Notes: generated from the letters alone by a model not told the origin. DNA of 64,000 nucleotides from an uncultured Planctomycetaceae bacterium (GCA_963833985.1 CAWIAD010000001.1:2656001-2720000); one strand, 5' to 3'. Shown: positions 42,414 through 53,099, counted from the first letter of the stretch. Translations and numbers: made by a program.

Positions 42414-43846
42414 TCATCTGGTAAAGGGCAGCAGCGCCCGGCGCATTTCTCGCACGTTCGCGTACCGGGCCTGGGGATCGCGGGCGAGCGCGCGATGGAT
42501 GACCGCGGCCAGGCCTGCGGGTATGTCGGGGCGACGATCGCGGATCGGCACGGGGTCCTCGAGCAGGATCTTCATGATCTTCGCATGCAGCTTCTTGGGA
42601 AAGTCGTAGATGAACTGGTCGGTCAGGAAGTTGTAAAGCGTTGCGGCGGCGCTGTACTGGTCGGCGGCGGGCCTGGCCGCGCGCAGGTCGTTGATCTGTT
42701 CGGGCGCCATGAAAGGGGCCGTTCCGCCGCCCCCGTCACTCGAGCTCAGGCCGCTCATCTTGCTGGTCAGGTAGATGCGGGCGAGGCCGAAGTCAGACAG
42801 CTTGACCACCTCGCGGCCGCCTTCCGTGGTCACCAGCATGTTGGATGGTTTGACGTCGAGGTGGACGAAGCCCTTGGCGTGGGCGTAATCGAGCGCTTGC
42901 AGCACCTGGCAGACCAGTCCGATCGCGCGGGGGTCGGCAAGGGGCCGCGATGCTGCTTCAGCAAGTGCGCCGTATCGGTCCCCGGCACATAATCCATCGC
43001 CAGGTAGAGAAGTCCGCTCGCCTCGCCCAGCTCATGAAACGCCACGATATGCGGGTGATCCAGCTCGCTCAAAATCTGTGCCTCGCGAAGGAAGCGGTTC
43101 AGCTCCACAGGCGTGGGGTCGATGGCCGGCTTGATCGTCTTGATCGCCACAAGCGAGCCGTCGGCCGAGCGGATCGCCTGGTAGACGACACCCATGCCGC
43201 CCCGGCCCAGCTCGCGGACGATCTGGTAACCCGGGATGGGCTGGGGCAGAGTTGCAGTCTGTCCCAGGCAGGCCGGGCAGAGCGAGGTCGCCTCGACGTT
43301 CGTCTTCTGTCCCTCCGAACCACCTGACTCGACCTCACCCTCCGTAAGGCTTTTTCCGCACAGGCGGCAACTGCGTGAGGTTTTTGCGGCCAGCCGAGAC
43401 TGCGACGAAACATCCACCGTGGAGAGCGAGTGCCCGGTACGCGGGGCGCTTGAAACAGGTCGAGGAGCGGTCGGGAGCGGGGCAGCGGGCCCCGTGGACC
43501 CTGAAGTCAGGACCGTCTCGACCGAGGTAGCCACGGGCACATCGCTGTCGATTACAGAAACGATCAGGACGGTCTTCCCCGCCGTGATTCGATCGCCGTC
43601 CTTGAGGTCGGCCATGGCGACTTTCCGGCCGTTGACCCTGGTTCCGTTAGTGCTGTCCATGTCGGTCAGCCGGCACTGGGGCGGGTTCATCTCGATCATG
43701 AAATGCAGACGCGAGATGCTGTTATCGTTGACCGGAAGCCGGAAGCTGGCACGTTCCGACCGCCCCACGATGAAGAAGGCGCGTTCCTGGAACTCGAACA
43801 CCTCTCCCTGGTGCGGGCCTGCTTTGACCGTGAGGCTGATGCGCAT
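42414..43846 (-). CDS. FHA-domain Ser/Thr kinase (apparent one-base loss in the homopolymer at 42929-42933)
   Basis: FHA motifs [17 protein letters not shown]; CxxC..CxxC linker; [34 protein letters not shown]. Confidence 0.9.
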
Positions 43847-44541
43847 GGCCTGTGATCGACCCCCCAGGTTCGAATGACTCTCATCCCAAGGAGACAGGCA
43901 TTCATCATAGTCGTTGATGCAAGCTCTCACAAGCGTTTCAGCGCGCCCAGGCGGTAACGATCCGAAGAGATCTTTTTAGCGGTGCGTTCGGTGTCCGGCG
44001 GCGAAGCCGCGGGCGTGACCGGTTCGTCGTCGCCTTGGTCTGGGAAGTGGCGCGATCGCCCCGAGCGCCGTGGAGCGCGTGCGACCGTCCGCGGGAAAAA
44101 CTCACGTATCGACCCCGCGGCCCGCTTCCGAATTCTCGTCCAGGCGATGCTCACGGCGCTCGTTCCGGCCGTCCAGGCGGGTGTTTGCTCGAATTTCAGA
44201 ATCCACTGCGAATCTCTGAAAAAAAGCGGCGGCTTCACCACGTCTTGAATGGAAACCCGACCGATTCGTTCCAGAAAGCCTCTCCGCGGCCGGCGATCCA
44301 GGTCAATCGAAGTCCAGGGCAAGTCAGCTCGCCCCAGGGCAAAGGAAGCCTCGTCCCCGTGACGAGACGGGCACCAACGATCACCGCCTGAACCGGTGCA
44401 TCGCCTTGATTCAAACCACTTCCAGCAACCGGCCAGAAAGCCATCACCTGGTCGCCGGGCCGAACCGGCCGTTGAAGAACCCAGAACGACGCCATTTCCG
44501 AGGTGATGGACCAGGCTCGCTCACTACAAGGAGATAGGAAC

Positions 44542-45117
44542 ATGGGACTCGCTCTTGCGCTTTCGCTGGCGCTGGCCGCACAGCAGACCACGACGTTGGT
44601 GAACCAGGTTGACGGAACGGCCCAGAAATTCGAGCTTTACTGGACTTTTGCTCCGACGACGCTCGCGCTCACGATGAATGGAGCGACAGTATCCGCAGTC
44701 AACAACAATGCACCGTCCACGCCCGTCTCAATCGCCTTCAACCCGGCCCAGATCAATCCCATTCCGAAAAATCCCAACCTGTGCGTGGTGTCGGATCAGA
44801 ATGGGGTCGCACTCTTATCCTACCAATGGAACAGTGTGCTTTACAGCGATCAGCAAGCCAGGTTGGGTTTCGAGGTCGCCTATGCCCTCGAGGACCAGAT
44901 GTCGCCCTATACCTTCATCGCCTTCGACTACGGGGCTTTCTATGAAGTTGTTCTCACTCCGGCGTCCGGCAAGGTACAAGATATTCAAGATGTCATGAAC
45001 GGGAAGCTATTCTCGGTCTCCGGGACCGCAACCTTCGAGCTCCTGGTCGCGCCTTACAATGGCTATCTGAATCCCAGACCGGATCTGAGAGTGTTCTTCC
45101 CGGCTGTACGCTTCTGA
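44542..45117 (+). CDS. Secreted beta-rich hypothetical protein (paralog 2, 191 aa)
   Basis: AAGGAG RBS; about 63% identical to 36258-36833 by manual count. Confidence 0.85.
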   Translation: MGLALALSLALAAQQTTTLVNQVDGTAQKFELYWTFAPTTLALTMNGATVSAVNNNAPSTPVSIAFNPAQINPIPKNPNLCVVSDQNGVALLSYQWNSVLYSDQQARLGFEVAYALEDQMSPYTFIAFDYGAFYEVVLTPASGKVQDIQDVMNGKLFSVSGTATFELLVAPYNGYLNPRPDLRVFFPAVRF

Positions 45118-45277
45118 CTGGCGACTGACCACGCGAATCGGATCCTTTCTTGAGGTGGTTCCCGAACTGGCAGTCTGAGGGCCGGGTGCCGGTGACCCGC
45201 GCAAAAAGTGCCGCCCGTGGCACGACGCGTGACCCGGGCGGATTCCTCGTCGGTGCCTGCGGTCTGCTGGCCGGTCG

Positions 45278-45943
45278 TCAGTGGGGATCACCCAGGCGTA
45301 TGCGATGTCGTTCCGCAACGGCTTCGCCCGATGTGCCTGGGAACGGCTCGGCGGAGGTTCCGGCGGCCGTGGTGCTCCGGCCGATGGTCGCGGCCGTCGC
45401 GGTCGTCACGGCCGGGCGGGTGCTCTCCCGGTCCAGGTCGTAACCGCCGTTGCGGTGCAGGATCTGAAGGGCCTCGTCATGTCGCGATCCCGCTTTCACC
45501 GTCACGATTGTGCGGCCGGCCTCGAACTCGCGTTCGTAGTATTCGCTCTCCTCCGTTCGCAAGGTTTCCCCGGTCGCCGCGCCGAGCACCCCGCCGATGG
45601 CAGCACCGCCGGCGGTGTTGGCCAGGACCAGCGCCAGAGTTCCTCCGGCGATGACCGGTCCGATCACGGGAATGACGCCCGAGGAGAGCCCCAGCGCCAC
45701 GAGCCCACCAAGCGATGCCCCGGCCACCGCACCGGTCACGGCGCCCGATGCCGTGGCGGGAGACGACTGTTCGGTCCCGGAATCCGGTACCGGAGCGACC
45801 CCCGCGCCGGCGTCACGTCCGGCGATGCCGATCTGGTCTGCCCCGAAGCCTGCATCGGTCAACTCCCTGATGGCACTCTCGGCGTGAGCTCGATCCTCGA
45901 AAACTCCAATCAGCGTTGCGCGTTGCCCAGCGATCGCGGCCAT
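45278..45943 (-). CDS. General stress protein (YflT/17M-like with glycine-zipper TM)
   Basis: GVFEDRAHAESAIRELTDAGF; GAVTGAVAGASLGG..IPVIGPVIAGG; YYEREFEAGRTIVTV. Confidence 0.85.
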   Translation of the reverse strand: MAAIAGQRATLIGVFEDRAHAESAIRELTDAGFGADQIGIAGRDAGAGVAPVPDSGTEQSSPATASGAVTGAVAGASLGGLVALGLSSGVIPVIGPVIAGGTLALVLANTAGGAAIGGVLGAATGETLRTEESEYYEREFEAGRTIVTVKAGSRHDEALQILHRNGGYDLDRESTRPAVTTATAATIGRSTTAAGTSAEPFPGTSGEAVAERHRIRLGDPH

Positions 45944-46471
45944 GAGAGTCTCCATGTTCCAAGGATTTCGTAGCGAACGGCGCAAGGTTTAATGAGTCTA
46001 CCTGTTAGAGAACAAGTCACTGCAAAGCAGATGCCATGGCGGTCATGAGGGAAACGATTGTCCGTGTGCCCCGGGATCGACTGGCCACCGGATTCTGGAA
46101 AAAAATCCCCAGGTTTTTGTCATCGCGCGAACCGGATCCGCCCGTAGAATGTCTGTGAGTCGAACGCCCCGGCCGCGTGCCCTGAACTGGTGCGCCCGGG
46201 GAGGCAACTGGACGTTTTTTTGGTCCAGTCGTGCCGACGGCCGTACATGGTGTCCGGCCGCATCGAGATCTCGGGAGCCATCAGGAACCCATGACTCGGT
46301 AGGTGATCCCGATGGACGTCCGGGCGACGTCCTACCCCCGTGAGGCACTGCTGCAACGATCGGAACGGGCCAGGGTTTCATGCACCCCGGTCCAGGTCTG
46401 GAAATGCTTTGCAGCGAATTCGAGCCTCACCCTGTGATCCCGCCTTCACCGGCGGATGTGAGGGTCTTGCC

Positions 46472-46792
46472 ATGTTGAACCGCACGAACCTGACGCAGTC
46501 AGCTCTGACCAACCGGCTGAACCTCGGGACGCGGGCGCTCGCACTGAACGCGATTGCGAGCCATGGCAAGCGAACCCAGCGCATCCGTCACGTCCATCTT
46601 GATGTCATGCGCCAGAAGCCCATGTGGCGTGACGTAAGCCCATTTTCCAAAGTGGATTACGACATTCCGCATGTGCCCGGATCGATTCTCCCTGGCTCGC
46701 AGCAACGCCCCATTCGCTGCTCGAGCCAGCGTCCCAGGCGAACGCAGGGTTGCAGATCGGCCGCTCCAGCGGCGGTCGCCGCACCCGGCTGA
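46472..46792 (+). CDS. Possible small hypothetical protein upstream of an ECF gene
   Basis: GAGGGT RBS plus ATG; no recognisable motif. Confidence 0.3.
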   Translation: MLNRTNLTQSALTNRLNLGTRALALNAIASHGKRTQRIRHVHLDVMRQKPMWRDVSPFSKVDYDIPHVPGSILPGSQQRPIRCSSQRPRRTQGCRSAAPAAVAAPG

Positions 46793-47211
46793 GGAAGGAT
46801 CGGCGGGTTCGTCCGCGGCGCTGGATTCCGGCCACGCGATACGCGTTCACCCCGGAGCCGTTCGGCTCTCGTGGTTGACGTGGGTCCCGGCTGGGTCCGG
46901 ATTGCGCAGCGAGCTTCCCAGGGCAGACCGTTGTGGCTCCGGGCGGACGATTCGTACCGGACGGACGAAATGGCCGCTCTCGCGCACAGACATCGTCGCC
47001 GCGCCCGGCCCGTGCTCGCCGGAGGCCGCGTCTCACGCCACTGGAGCGTGGGCGCCGTTCCGCCTCACCGTCTCGGGCACAACCGGGCGTGGCTCATGGA
47101 CTTTCATGATGACACCCGACGGCCCCCTGAGCTGCCGTGCCGCGTGCACGTACCAAGCAGCAGCGCAGGGGCGACGCCGGTTCGATTCCCGGACTCGGGA
47201 AGGTGGGTTCC

Positions 47212-47880
47212 GTGGCAACCCTGGAGATGGACGAGACACGAAGTTCGGGCTGGACCGAGGTGGCAAGCCTGGTCCAGCAGGCGCAGGAGGGGGATCGGGA
47301 GGCGTTCGGCCTGCTGGTCGAGCAGTTCCAGTCCACGGTCCAGGCGATCGCCCTGCGCCGGCTGGGCAACGCCAGCGAGGCCGTGGAGCTGACCCAGGAA
47401 GTGTTCCTGCACGTCCTGCGGCGCATTCACCAGCTTCGCGAGCCGGAGCGGTTCGCCGGCTGGCTGCGCCAGGTCACCGTGCGCATGGCCATCAATCGGG
47501 CCACCCGGAAGACCGCCCCCGCGACAGCGGATGCCGGCGTGCTCGAAGGGTCGTACGAGCAGGCGCGTCAGCCGGTGGAGGAGTTGATCCGACGGGAGCG
47601 CGCCGAGCGTCTCTGGGCGGCCCTCAGGCGGCTCAAGCCACTCGATCGCGATGCGCTGGTGGCCTTCTACATCCGGGGGCTGTCGCTGGTGGAGATGGTC
47701 GGCGAGCTCCAGGTTCCCCTGGGTACGATCAAGCGCCGGCTGCACACCGCGCGGAAACGATTGCGGCTGGAGCTGGAGGCCTCGGCGGCCGATGCGGAAG
47801 AATGGGGTCTTGGCCGACCAGCCGAGCATGAAATGAGCGAGACCGACGACGTGGAGGCCGGTTGCCTGGCCGCGTGCTGA
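47212..47880 (+). CDS. ECF sigma factor (no long extension)
   Basis: AQEGDREAFGLLV; EAVELTQEVF; FAGWLRQV; PLGTIKRRLHTARKRL. Confidence 0.9.
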   Translation: MATLEMDETRSSGWTEVASLVQQAQEGDREAFGLLVEQFQSTVQAIALRRLGNASEAVELTQEVFLHVLRRIHQLREPERFAGWLRQVTVRMAINRATRKTAPATADAGVLEGSYEQARQPVEELIRRERAERLWAALRRLKPLDRDALVAFYIRGLSLVEMVGELQVPLGTIKRRLHTARKRLRLELEASAADAEEWGLGRPAEHEMSETDDVEAGCLAAC

Positions 47881-47935
47881 TGCCTACAGCACGCCACCAG
47901 GTCGCCGGTCCCGCCTGCGCGGAAGCAGCCGGCCG

Positions 47936-48379
47936 TCACAATACGGACGTCGGCAGCGTCGATTCCATCAGCCTGCGCCGATCCAATTCATACTTCGCCC
48001 GGTCGTCCAGATACGCCCTGGCTCGCCGCTGTAACCTTGCGAAGCCCACCAGCGGTGAAACGATCATGGGCGCGAAGAGGATGAGCACGACGGCAAGGCC
48101 GATATCCGGCCGGCCGAAGGCGGTGAAGAGCGACAGCACCATCAAGGCGATGCCGCTGGGCACGAGAGCCAGTAACCACGCCGCGCGCCGATGGCGGGCG
48201 AGCTGCTCCTCAACCGGCTCAACTCCCAGCCTGAGGCGGCCCAGGCGGCTTACCCAGCGTCTCTCGCTTGCTTTCCAGCGCTCATCCAGCTCTGCCAGTG
48301 AGTCACTTCCAGGCTCATCCATCAACGATCTTTCGTGAATCATCTCCTGCTCGCTGGCCCCGCGATCGCGGTGCATCAT
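47936..48379 (-). CDS. Small two-TM hypothetical protein
   Basis: RLRLGVEPVEEQL followed by two TM helices; start uncertain. Confidence 0.65.
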   Translation of the reverse strand: MMHRDRGASEQEMIHERSLMDEPGSDSLAELDERWKASERRWVSRLGRLRLGVEPVEEQLARHRRAAWLLALVPSGIALMVLSLFTAFGRPDIGLAVVLILFAPMIVSPLVGFARLQRRARAYLDDRAKYELDRRRLMESTLPTSVL

Positions 48380-48451
48380 TTGTTATTCTAGACTCAGCCT
48401 CGCCGATCGTAAACGGACCTCACCCTTGCCCCGGCCAGCGAGAACCCAACC

Positions 48452-49639
48452 ATGATGCGGACCAGCTCCCGGTGCTTTGCACTCTCATGGATGTTGCTTG
48501 CGTGCTCACCTGCGACCACCCCGTCCCTGGCACAAACGCCGAGTTCCGCTCCCTCCCCGGCCGTCACGAAGGCCCTGCAACCCCTGGTTGACAGCCACTG
48601 CCTGGCCGGCGCGGTCACGCTGGTGGCCGACAAGGAGAGGATCCTCAGCGTCAACACGGTGGGCTACTCGGATATCGCCGCGCGCAGGCCGATGTCCGCA
48701 GACGCGCTCTTCTGGATCGCCTCGCAGTCCAAGCCCATCACGGCCACGGCTCTCATGATGCTGGTGGACGAGGGCAAGCTGAGCCTCGACGACCCCGTCG
48801 CCAACATCCTTCCCGAGTTTCGCGGCCAGTGGCTGGCCGTGGAACAGGACCGCGATCGAGTTTACCTGAAGAGGCCCCAGCGGCCGATCACCGTTCGCGA
48901 CATCCTCAGCCATACCAGCGGCTTGCCCTTCGCCTCAGCCGCCGAGCAGCCCACGCTCGACCTCTTGCCCCTGCGCGTCACCGCGCTCACCTACGCCATG
49001 ACCCCTCTCCAGTTCGAGCCGGGAAGCAAATACCAGTACTCCAACGCCGGCATCAACACGGCGGGACGGATCATCGAGGTGAAAAGCGGCATGCCTTACG
49101 AGGAGTTCCTCGAAACGCGGCTGTTCCATCCTTTGGGAATGAAGGACACCACGTTCTGGCCCAGCGGGGAGCAGCTCTCACGGCTGGCGAAGTCATACAA
49201 GCCGGGCAAGGACGGCAAGGGACTCGAGGAAACGGTCGTGACCCAGCTCAAGTATCCCCTGAGCGACCGCACGCGTCAGCCCGTGCCCGCGGGCGGCCTG
49301 TTCTCCACGGCCCATGACCTGGCGCGGTTCTGTCAGATGATGCTTGGAGAGGGTGTGTTCGAGGGCAAGCGGTACGTGTCTCAGAACGCGGTGCATGAGC
49401 TCACCCGCAGGCAAACGCCCGCTCCGCTCAAGGAGAGCTACGGACTGGGCTGGTCGGCGGGCGGGGGCACGTTCGGCCACGGAGGCGCATACTCCACCAA
49501 CATGACCATCGATCGCGATCGCGGTTTGATCTACATCTTCATGGTCCAGCATGCGGGTTTTCCCGGCAATGGCGGCACCAGCTTCGAGGCGTTCAAGAAG
49601 GCCGCCCTCGAGGCGTTCGGCAAAGCGCCCCGTTCCTGA
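48452..49639 (+). CDS. Serine hydrolase, beta-lactamase class C family
   Basis: Signal peptide; SQSK; LSHTSG; YSN; HGG. Confidence 0.92.
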   Translation: MMRTSSRCFALSWMLLACSPATTPSLAQTPSSAPSPAVTKALQPLVDSHCLAGAVTLVADKERILSVNTVGYSDIAARRPMSADALFWIASQSKPITATALMMLVDEGKLSLDDPVANILPEFRGQWLAVEQDRDRVYLKRPQRPITVRDILSHTSGLPFASAAEQPTLDLLPLRVTALTYAMTPLQFEPGSKYQYSNAGINTAGRIIEVKSGMPYEEFLETRLFHPLGMKDTTFWPSGEQLSRLAKSYKPGKDGKGLEETVVTQLKYPLSDRTRQPVPAGGLFSTAHDLARFCQMMLGEGVFEGKRYVSQNAVHELTRRQTPAPLKESYGLGWSAGGGTFGHGGAYSTNMTIDRDRGLIYIFMVQHAGFPGNGGTSFEAFKKAALEAFGKAPRS

Positions 49640-49747
49640 CAGAGACGGGACAATTCTCAAGGCCGCGCATGAATGCGTGGCTCAAGCACGCGGTTCTCAT
49701 GGGGATTGACCGACAGGCCGACCCCAAAAAAGCTGGGCCGCTTTTCA

Positions 49748-49782
49748 AGAAAGTTGTATGGCGCGTTCCGGTCGCTGCATAT
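49748..49782 (+). promoter_or_regulatory. Putative ECF promoter AGAAAGTTGTATG-N17-CAT
   Basis: Same 13-mer and similar spacing upstream of the next ECF (51541). Confidence 0.6.
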
Positions 49783-49834
49783 CCGAGGTGGAGCGTCGAT
49801 CTGAAAGACTCTTGCGATCATCCGGGAGTGGTTC

Positions 49835-51487
49835 ATGGCCACGGGAGAATCACGTCCGCTCGGCCACCAACTGGAACGGCTCTGGGGCACCGGAACCCTT
49901 TCCGGGTTGAGCGATGCGGACCTGGTGAAGCGGTTCACTGGCCCGAGAGAGCCAGCCGCCGAGCAGGCCTTCGAAACCTTGCTCGACCGGCACGGACCGA
50001 TGGTTCTGGGCGTGTGCCGCCACATCCTGAGACGACCGCAAGACGTGGACGATGCCTTTCAAGCTACCTTCCTGGTCCTGGTCAAAAAGGCCCGATCGGT
50101 CCGGATTGACCAGTCGCTCGGCCCCTGGCTGTACGGAGTGGCGTATCGCACGGCGCTCCGGTCCCGGTCAAGGTCCGCGCGACATCGATTGGAAGAGATG
50201 GACGACCTGGAAGGACCGGCGGCCGATCCGGCCAGCGGAACCCTGGCGTGGGAGATCCGGCCCATGCTCCACGAGGAGCTGAACCGGCTTCCCGACAAGT
50301 ACCGCTCGCCGATCGTCCTCTGCCATCTGGAAGGGAAAAGCCATGAGGAGGCCGCGCGCATGCTCGACTGGCCGGTGGGCACGCTCAGCGGCCGGCTGTC
50401 CCGCGGGCGCCAGCTTCTCAAGGATCGACTCGAGCGAAGAGGTCTGACGGCATCGTCCGGAGTGCTCATCGCCCGGTTCCCTGGCGAAGCGCTCACGGCC
50501 CTGCCCATGCGGCTTGCCAGACAGACCATCCAGTCCGCGCTTGGCTCCGGCGCCGGGACGATCGTTTCCACCTCGGTCCTCACACTGACTCAAGGAGTCC
50601 TGAACGCCATGTTCCTGCACAGCTTCAAGAAAGCGGCACTCGTCTTCGTTTCCGTCGCGGCCATCACCGGGGCCTTTGGCTGGCGGTCGGGCTGGTTGAA
50701 CGCCATTCGAGGTGCCGATGATCCCCCCAGCCTGCCGCAGGCGGCTCAACCCAGGACAGCGCCCGCGCCATCTCCTCCTGCCGCATTGCCGGCCGGGCAG
50801 CCCGCTCTCTCTCAGACTGCGCCGGACCGCAAGCTTTACCAACCGCCCGGAGACGGGGCGATGAAATACACGCCCCTGAAGAACTCCCCGAACCTGACCG
50901 GCGTCCGCGACCAGTACCCGATGGCGCGCACGGGGTCCATCCTCATGGTCGAGACTCCCGATCACGGCTTCGCCGCGATCAGCGAGACAAGCGGCCGCGG
51001 CGAGTGGAGACGGTACAAACCGCCGGCGGGGCAAACCGCGACCTGGATTGCCGGTGCGGACGTGCTCAGCTTCATGATGAAGGGTGACACGATCACCGAG
51101 ATCGCGGCCTTCAGCGCCGAGACCGATCAGTGGGCCACACAGAAGCTCCTCAAGCCCGCCACCGAGCAGATTTCCCCGGTGATCGGCCCGGGTTGCGCCC
51201 TCTTCCAGGAAGGGAACAACTTCTATGCGTTCAGTGCCCCCAAGGGCGCCTGGGATGTGCTCAGCCTGCCGGAGGGCGAGAAGCCCGTGGCGTCCCTGTC
51301 TGGAACTGACGTGATTGTGCAGCAGGGCGACACGATCCACGTCTTCCCCATCAAGCTGGGCAAGTGGTCGCAGGGGATCCAGGGGAAACCCTCCATCCGC
51401 CCGGCTCAGCCTCAATCTCAACCTCAGCCTCAACCCCAGCCTCGGCCTGAACCCCAACCTCAGCCTCAGCCGGGAATCAGGCCATAG
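49835..51487 (+). CDS. ECF sigma factor with TM and periplasmic C-terminal extension (planctomycete ECF57-like); PQ-repeat tail
   Basis: LSDADLVKRF..RHGPMVLGVCR..DAFQATFLVL; LCHLEGKSHEEAA..GTLSGRLSRGR. Confidence 0.9.
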   Translation: MATGESRPLGHQLERLWGTGTLSGLSDADLVKRFTGPREPAAEQAFETLLDRHGPMVLGVCRHILRRPQDVDDAFQATFLVLVKKARSVRIDQSLGPWLYGVAYRTALRSRSRSARHRLEEMDDLEGPAADPASGTLAWEIRPMLHEELNRLPDKYRSPIVLCHLEGKSHEEAARMLDWPVGTLSGRLSRGRQLLKDRLERRGLTASSGVLIARFPGEALTALPMRLARQTIQSALGSGAGTIVSTSVLTLTQGVLNAMFLHSFKKAALVFVSVAAITGAFGWRSGWLNAIRGADDPPSLPQAAQPRTAPAPSPPAALPAGQPALSQTAPDRKLYQPPGDGAMKYTPLKNSPNLTGVRDQYPMARTGSILMVETPDHGFAAISETSGRGEWRRYKPPAGQTATWIAGADVLSFMMKGDTITEIAAFSAETDQWATQKLLKPATEQISPVIGPGCALFQEGNNFYAFSAPKGAWDVLSLPEGEKPVASLSGTDVIVQQGDTIHVFPIKLGKWSQGIQGKPSIRPAQPQSQPQPQPQPRPEPQPQPQPGIRP

Positions 51488-51540
51488 CAGAGCGGCTGCT
51501 GGGAATCGATCCGTAAACCCTTCTCCGGGGTGAAGTTCTG

Positions 51541-51575
51541 AGAAAGTTGTATGAGAAACGTCATCCCGGCACATT
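51541..51575 (+). promoter_or_regulatory. Putative ECF promoter AGAAAGTTGTATG-N18-CAT
   Basis: Second copy of the motif, about 70 nt before the ATG at 51624. Confidence 0.6.
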
Positions 51576-53099
51576 CTTCTTCAGGACGGATCAGCCAGAG
51601 GTCCAGTGGAGAATGACGTCGCAATGGTCGTCCCAGCTTCGGAATGCCCTAGCCCATGTTTGGGGTGAGATCGCCTTCCGCGCGACTGCTGCCACGCATA
51701 ATTCCTCTATTTTCCAGGGGTTGGCGAGCGGCATACCCGTTTTTTTCCGAAAAGTGTAGTGACAATATCGACGCGATTACTTCGGAATTTACCTTGATTT
51801 CGCCTTGAAATCGGCGCGTTCCGTCGTGATACTTCACGACATGTACCTGAGAACCATAAAAGTCCGGTCGTCCAGCGGTGCGCTGAACGAGTACGTCCGC
51901 GTCGTCGAAGCCTATCGCGACAACGGTAAGGTCAAGCAACGCACCGTGGCCGATCTGGGACGCAAGGACCTGCTTGCGGAATTGTTTCCCAAGCTAAAAC
52001 GCTTGCTCGGTCAAGATGTCGAGTCGGAGTCCGCTGGGGACGAGGATCTCGACATCCTGGACGCTTCCACCTGGGGGCCGGTCCTCGCCGTCCGGGCCTT
52101 GTTCGACCAACTCGGGCTCTGGACCATCCTCGACGAATCACTCGGCAAAGCCAAAGGCGTGCCGTTTACTGACCGGGCCTTCGTGCTCATTGCCAATCGC
52201 CTGATTCACCCCGCCAGCGAACACGGCTTGGCGGGGTGGCTGGAGACCGACTTCGTCTGTGATCGCCAAGGCCGCCGTTTTGTTCCTCGCTGGCACCAGC
52301 ACAAGCGGGTTCGCGTCGACTTTCGCCAACTGGAGTCCTGGTACCGGACCCTCAATCAACTCGTGGACGCCAAGGAACGGATCGAGGTGGCTCTTTATCA
52401 CCGCCTTCGCGACCTGTTCAGTATCAAGCCGGACCTGGTGCTCTATGACATCACGAGCACCTACTTCGAGGGAGCTGGACCGGCCAACTTCGCCAAGCAT
52501 GGCTACAGTCGGGACGGCAAGCCGCACAACGTCCAGGTGATCGTCGGAGTGGTGATGGTGGGCGGCTGGCCGATCGCTCATCACGTTTGGGCCGGCAACG
52601 AAGTCGACCACCAGACCGTGCAGAAAGCCATTCGTGATCTGCACCAGCGATTTGGTTTCAGCCGCCTCGTTTTTGTCGGCGATCGAGGCATGATCACCAA
52701 TGACAATCTGGAAGCGATCACTGGCGACAAGCATGGCTATCTTGTGGGCGTGAAGCGAAGGCGGAATGCAAAGTTGACCAAGTGGCTGGCTGCCCTCGAC
52801 GATGCCAAGTGGATTTCTTGCCCGGTAGGGATCACCGCCCGGGAAAAGACCAATCCACCGCGCACTCGGGCGCAAGAGGTGCCGTCAGGAGTTGAAGGTT
52901 TGCGGATAATCATCGTCGATTCCGACGAGCGCCGCGAATACGAGCAAGCCATGCGTCAGAAGGCCATGGAGCGGACACATCAATCGCTCGAAGAAGTTGC
53001 AGGGGCGTGTGGCGGCAGGGAAGTTGAAACAGCCCGAGAAGATTGGCGCCGCAGCCGAGCACCTCCTGCAACGAAACCATGGCTATCGTTACTATTCGT

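Noticed and set aside
40320..42414. Integron with attC sites
   Set aside because: No integron integrase and no convincing attC palindromes bounding the TA pairs.
40320..42626. Diversity-generating retroelement TR/VR pair in the kinase 3' repeats
   Set aside because: Mismatches are not adenine-specific and are mostly synonymous; there is no reverse transcriptase in the window.
47120..47200. tRNA gene (GGTTCGATTCC)
   Set aside because: No acceptor stem, D-arm or anticodon arm could be assembled; kept only as a leader hairpin.
51405..51470. CCTCAG/CCTCAA hexamer run as a phase-variable repeat
   Set aside because: Degenerate in-frame PQ tail at the protein end; slippage would not shift the frame.
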